Shown here: positions 62,651 through 64,000 of the stretch, piece by piece
Numbering within the stretch: the stretch's first letter is position 1
Layout of the letters: every line of letters starts with the position of its first letter
Source of the DNA: Pseudogymnoascus verrucosus
Taxonomy: Eukaryota
DNA: 64,000 bases
Reading direction: 5' to 3' (one strand)
Assembly: GCA_001662655.1 (NCBI GenBank)
Contig: KV460227.1
The notes under the pieces: model-generated
Database searches by the model: none
What the model saw: only the letters and a program-made list of their open reading frames with translations
Told to the model about the DNA's origin: nothing
Program-made: the position numbers and the translations under genes

Positions 62651-64000
62651 AAGTAGCCAGCCTCCTTACTTACAGTATTTGCTTGGCATCGCCGATCCCG
62701 ATGAACCATCATATCCCCCGCATTATCTCTCATCACCGGTGGCTCTGCTGTTTGTTCGGTGATCAGTATGCTGTCTCGCTCCAATTTGGAATACGGCAAG
62801 TCACCTGCTTATACCCTGCGCATGCCAGACGGTATACGACGTGCTCCGCTCTTACTTCTCACATGCAGCGCATGCCTTCTATCTTAGAGCCCCGCTGGGG
62901 CTGAGGGAATTTGCAGTATCGAAGCAGTTGCGTAGCACCCATCGGGCCCAAGGAAACGGATCGAGATCATGTATGGGAAAAATGCGAGGGGGGAGTAGGC
63001 GCCACAGAGGTCAGCATGCCACATCTTGTGTGCTGGTTGGCTACCATGGCGGTCAGACAGGAACCACATTCTCCTTGGGACGAAGCAAGGGGGGGTGGTT
63101 CCTGGAATCACCGACCTAGAACATTGCCACCACCAACCTCGCAGAGCTCAAGACAAGGCGAGAGACAGGCGCGCGCCCTTTCTAGCTTCGTAGTCGGGCG
63201 TTGGAAGCTGCCATACTCTAGTCCTACGCCGCACAGCATCATGCGAGGTCGGCGGTGTTGCCCGTCACGCTCGTGCACGTAATGGGAATGAACCCCTGTT
63301 GTGCTCTTGGGGTGATCTGGACGACGATCTAGCGGGCTAACCGCTGTAAGTGGGGGTTTCTAGCGTCCTTTTAGTGATCAAACGGGCGGGCGGGAATACC
63401 CCGCACGCCACTACCGTTTGGTAGGCGCGCAGGGCAGGGGCCCGCTCGTTCGGGGCTGAGTTGCCGGGTTGGGATAAATTGACTATGGGTAGGCAAAATA
63501 TATCGGATTATTGATTTTCTTGGCGTCTGACTGTGTCTGACTGCATAAGAGTATGACAGGACTCGAGTAGAGTGCTTTCCTGTCCTTGACGCTTCCCTCA
63601 CTTTGGGTTTTGGAATTTCGATCTGGCCAGAATCCACAGTTCCTGCAATATTGCCAGCGTACCTGTTGGGGAACGGCGTATAACCTGTCGTTTGGCGATG
63701 CTGCAACTTTCCGTGGTTCCACACGGAGATGTCGTGTTAATGTGGCGCTGCCATGGTGTCGTGGAGAATCCCCAGCATAACACAGCAGATTACGTTACCA
63801 GGATACCCATCTGTGGGTAGTACTTGAATTTGTGCCCTATTTTGTGTTGGATTTCAAACCAGATTTCAAACACTCTATGTAAGCTGTTTTAGCCTTGGGG
63901 CAAAATAGCACTCTGCTGTCAGTTCAGCTGTCAGTTCAGCCATGCCAATCAATGTGGACCGGGTCTGTCGTAGGCACTGCCGAGCTGGATCCTCTGATCC

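Noticed and set aside
62800..64000. Possible retroelement or LTR sequence in the gene-poor end
   Set aside because: No gag/RT/integrase motifs or terminal repeats identifiable within the window.

Overview
Gene-dense, intron-containing DNA from a filamentous ascomycete (short GT-AG introns with CTRAC/CTAAC branch sites; genus not determinable from sequence alone). About 29 protein-coding loci can be read, mostly housekeeping: CAB5, STE23/insulysin, Mpp6-like, NDUFS6, glucosylceramide synthase, SEN2, Ppo-type fatty acid oxygenase, SYG1, GLC8, APE1/LAP4-like, CysRS, TRM61, pICln-like and others. The window opens inside the end of a probable hAT transposon and closes in a gene-poor ~6 kb with a 3'-degenerate SRPK-like kinase and a decayed repeat-protein ORF. 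Features not visible in the ORF track: a C/D snoRNA (snR79-type, 18S guide) in the 5'UTR intron of SEN2; a 3-unit intergenic hairpin-repeat/variable-spacer array at ~35.2-35.4 kb; a spliced MerT-like vicinal-Cys membrane protein; an N-rich WG-repeat (Argonaute-hook-like) protein; a locus with two alternative in-frame Cys-rich 5' exons (one with a GC donor); phased CACGTG arrays; and a carboxylesterase-fold protein lacking its catalytic triad. Exon boundaries were read by eye and family calls come from motif recognition, not database searches.
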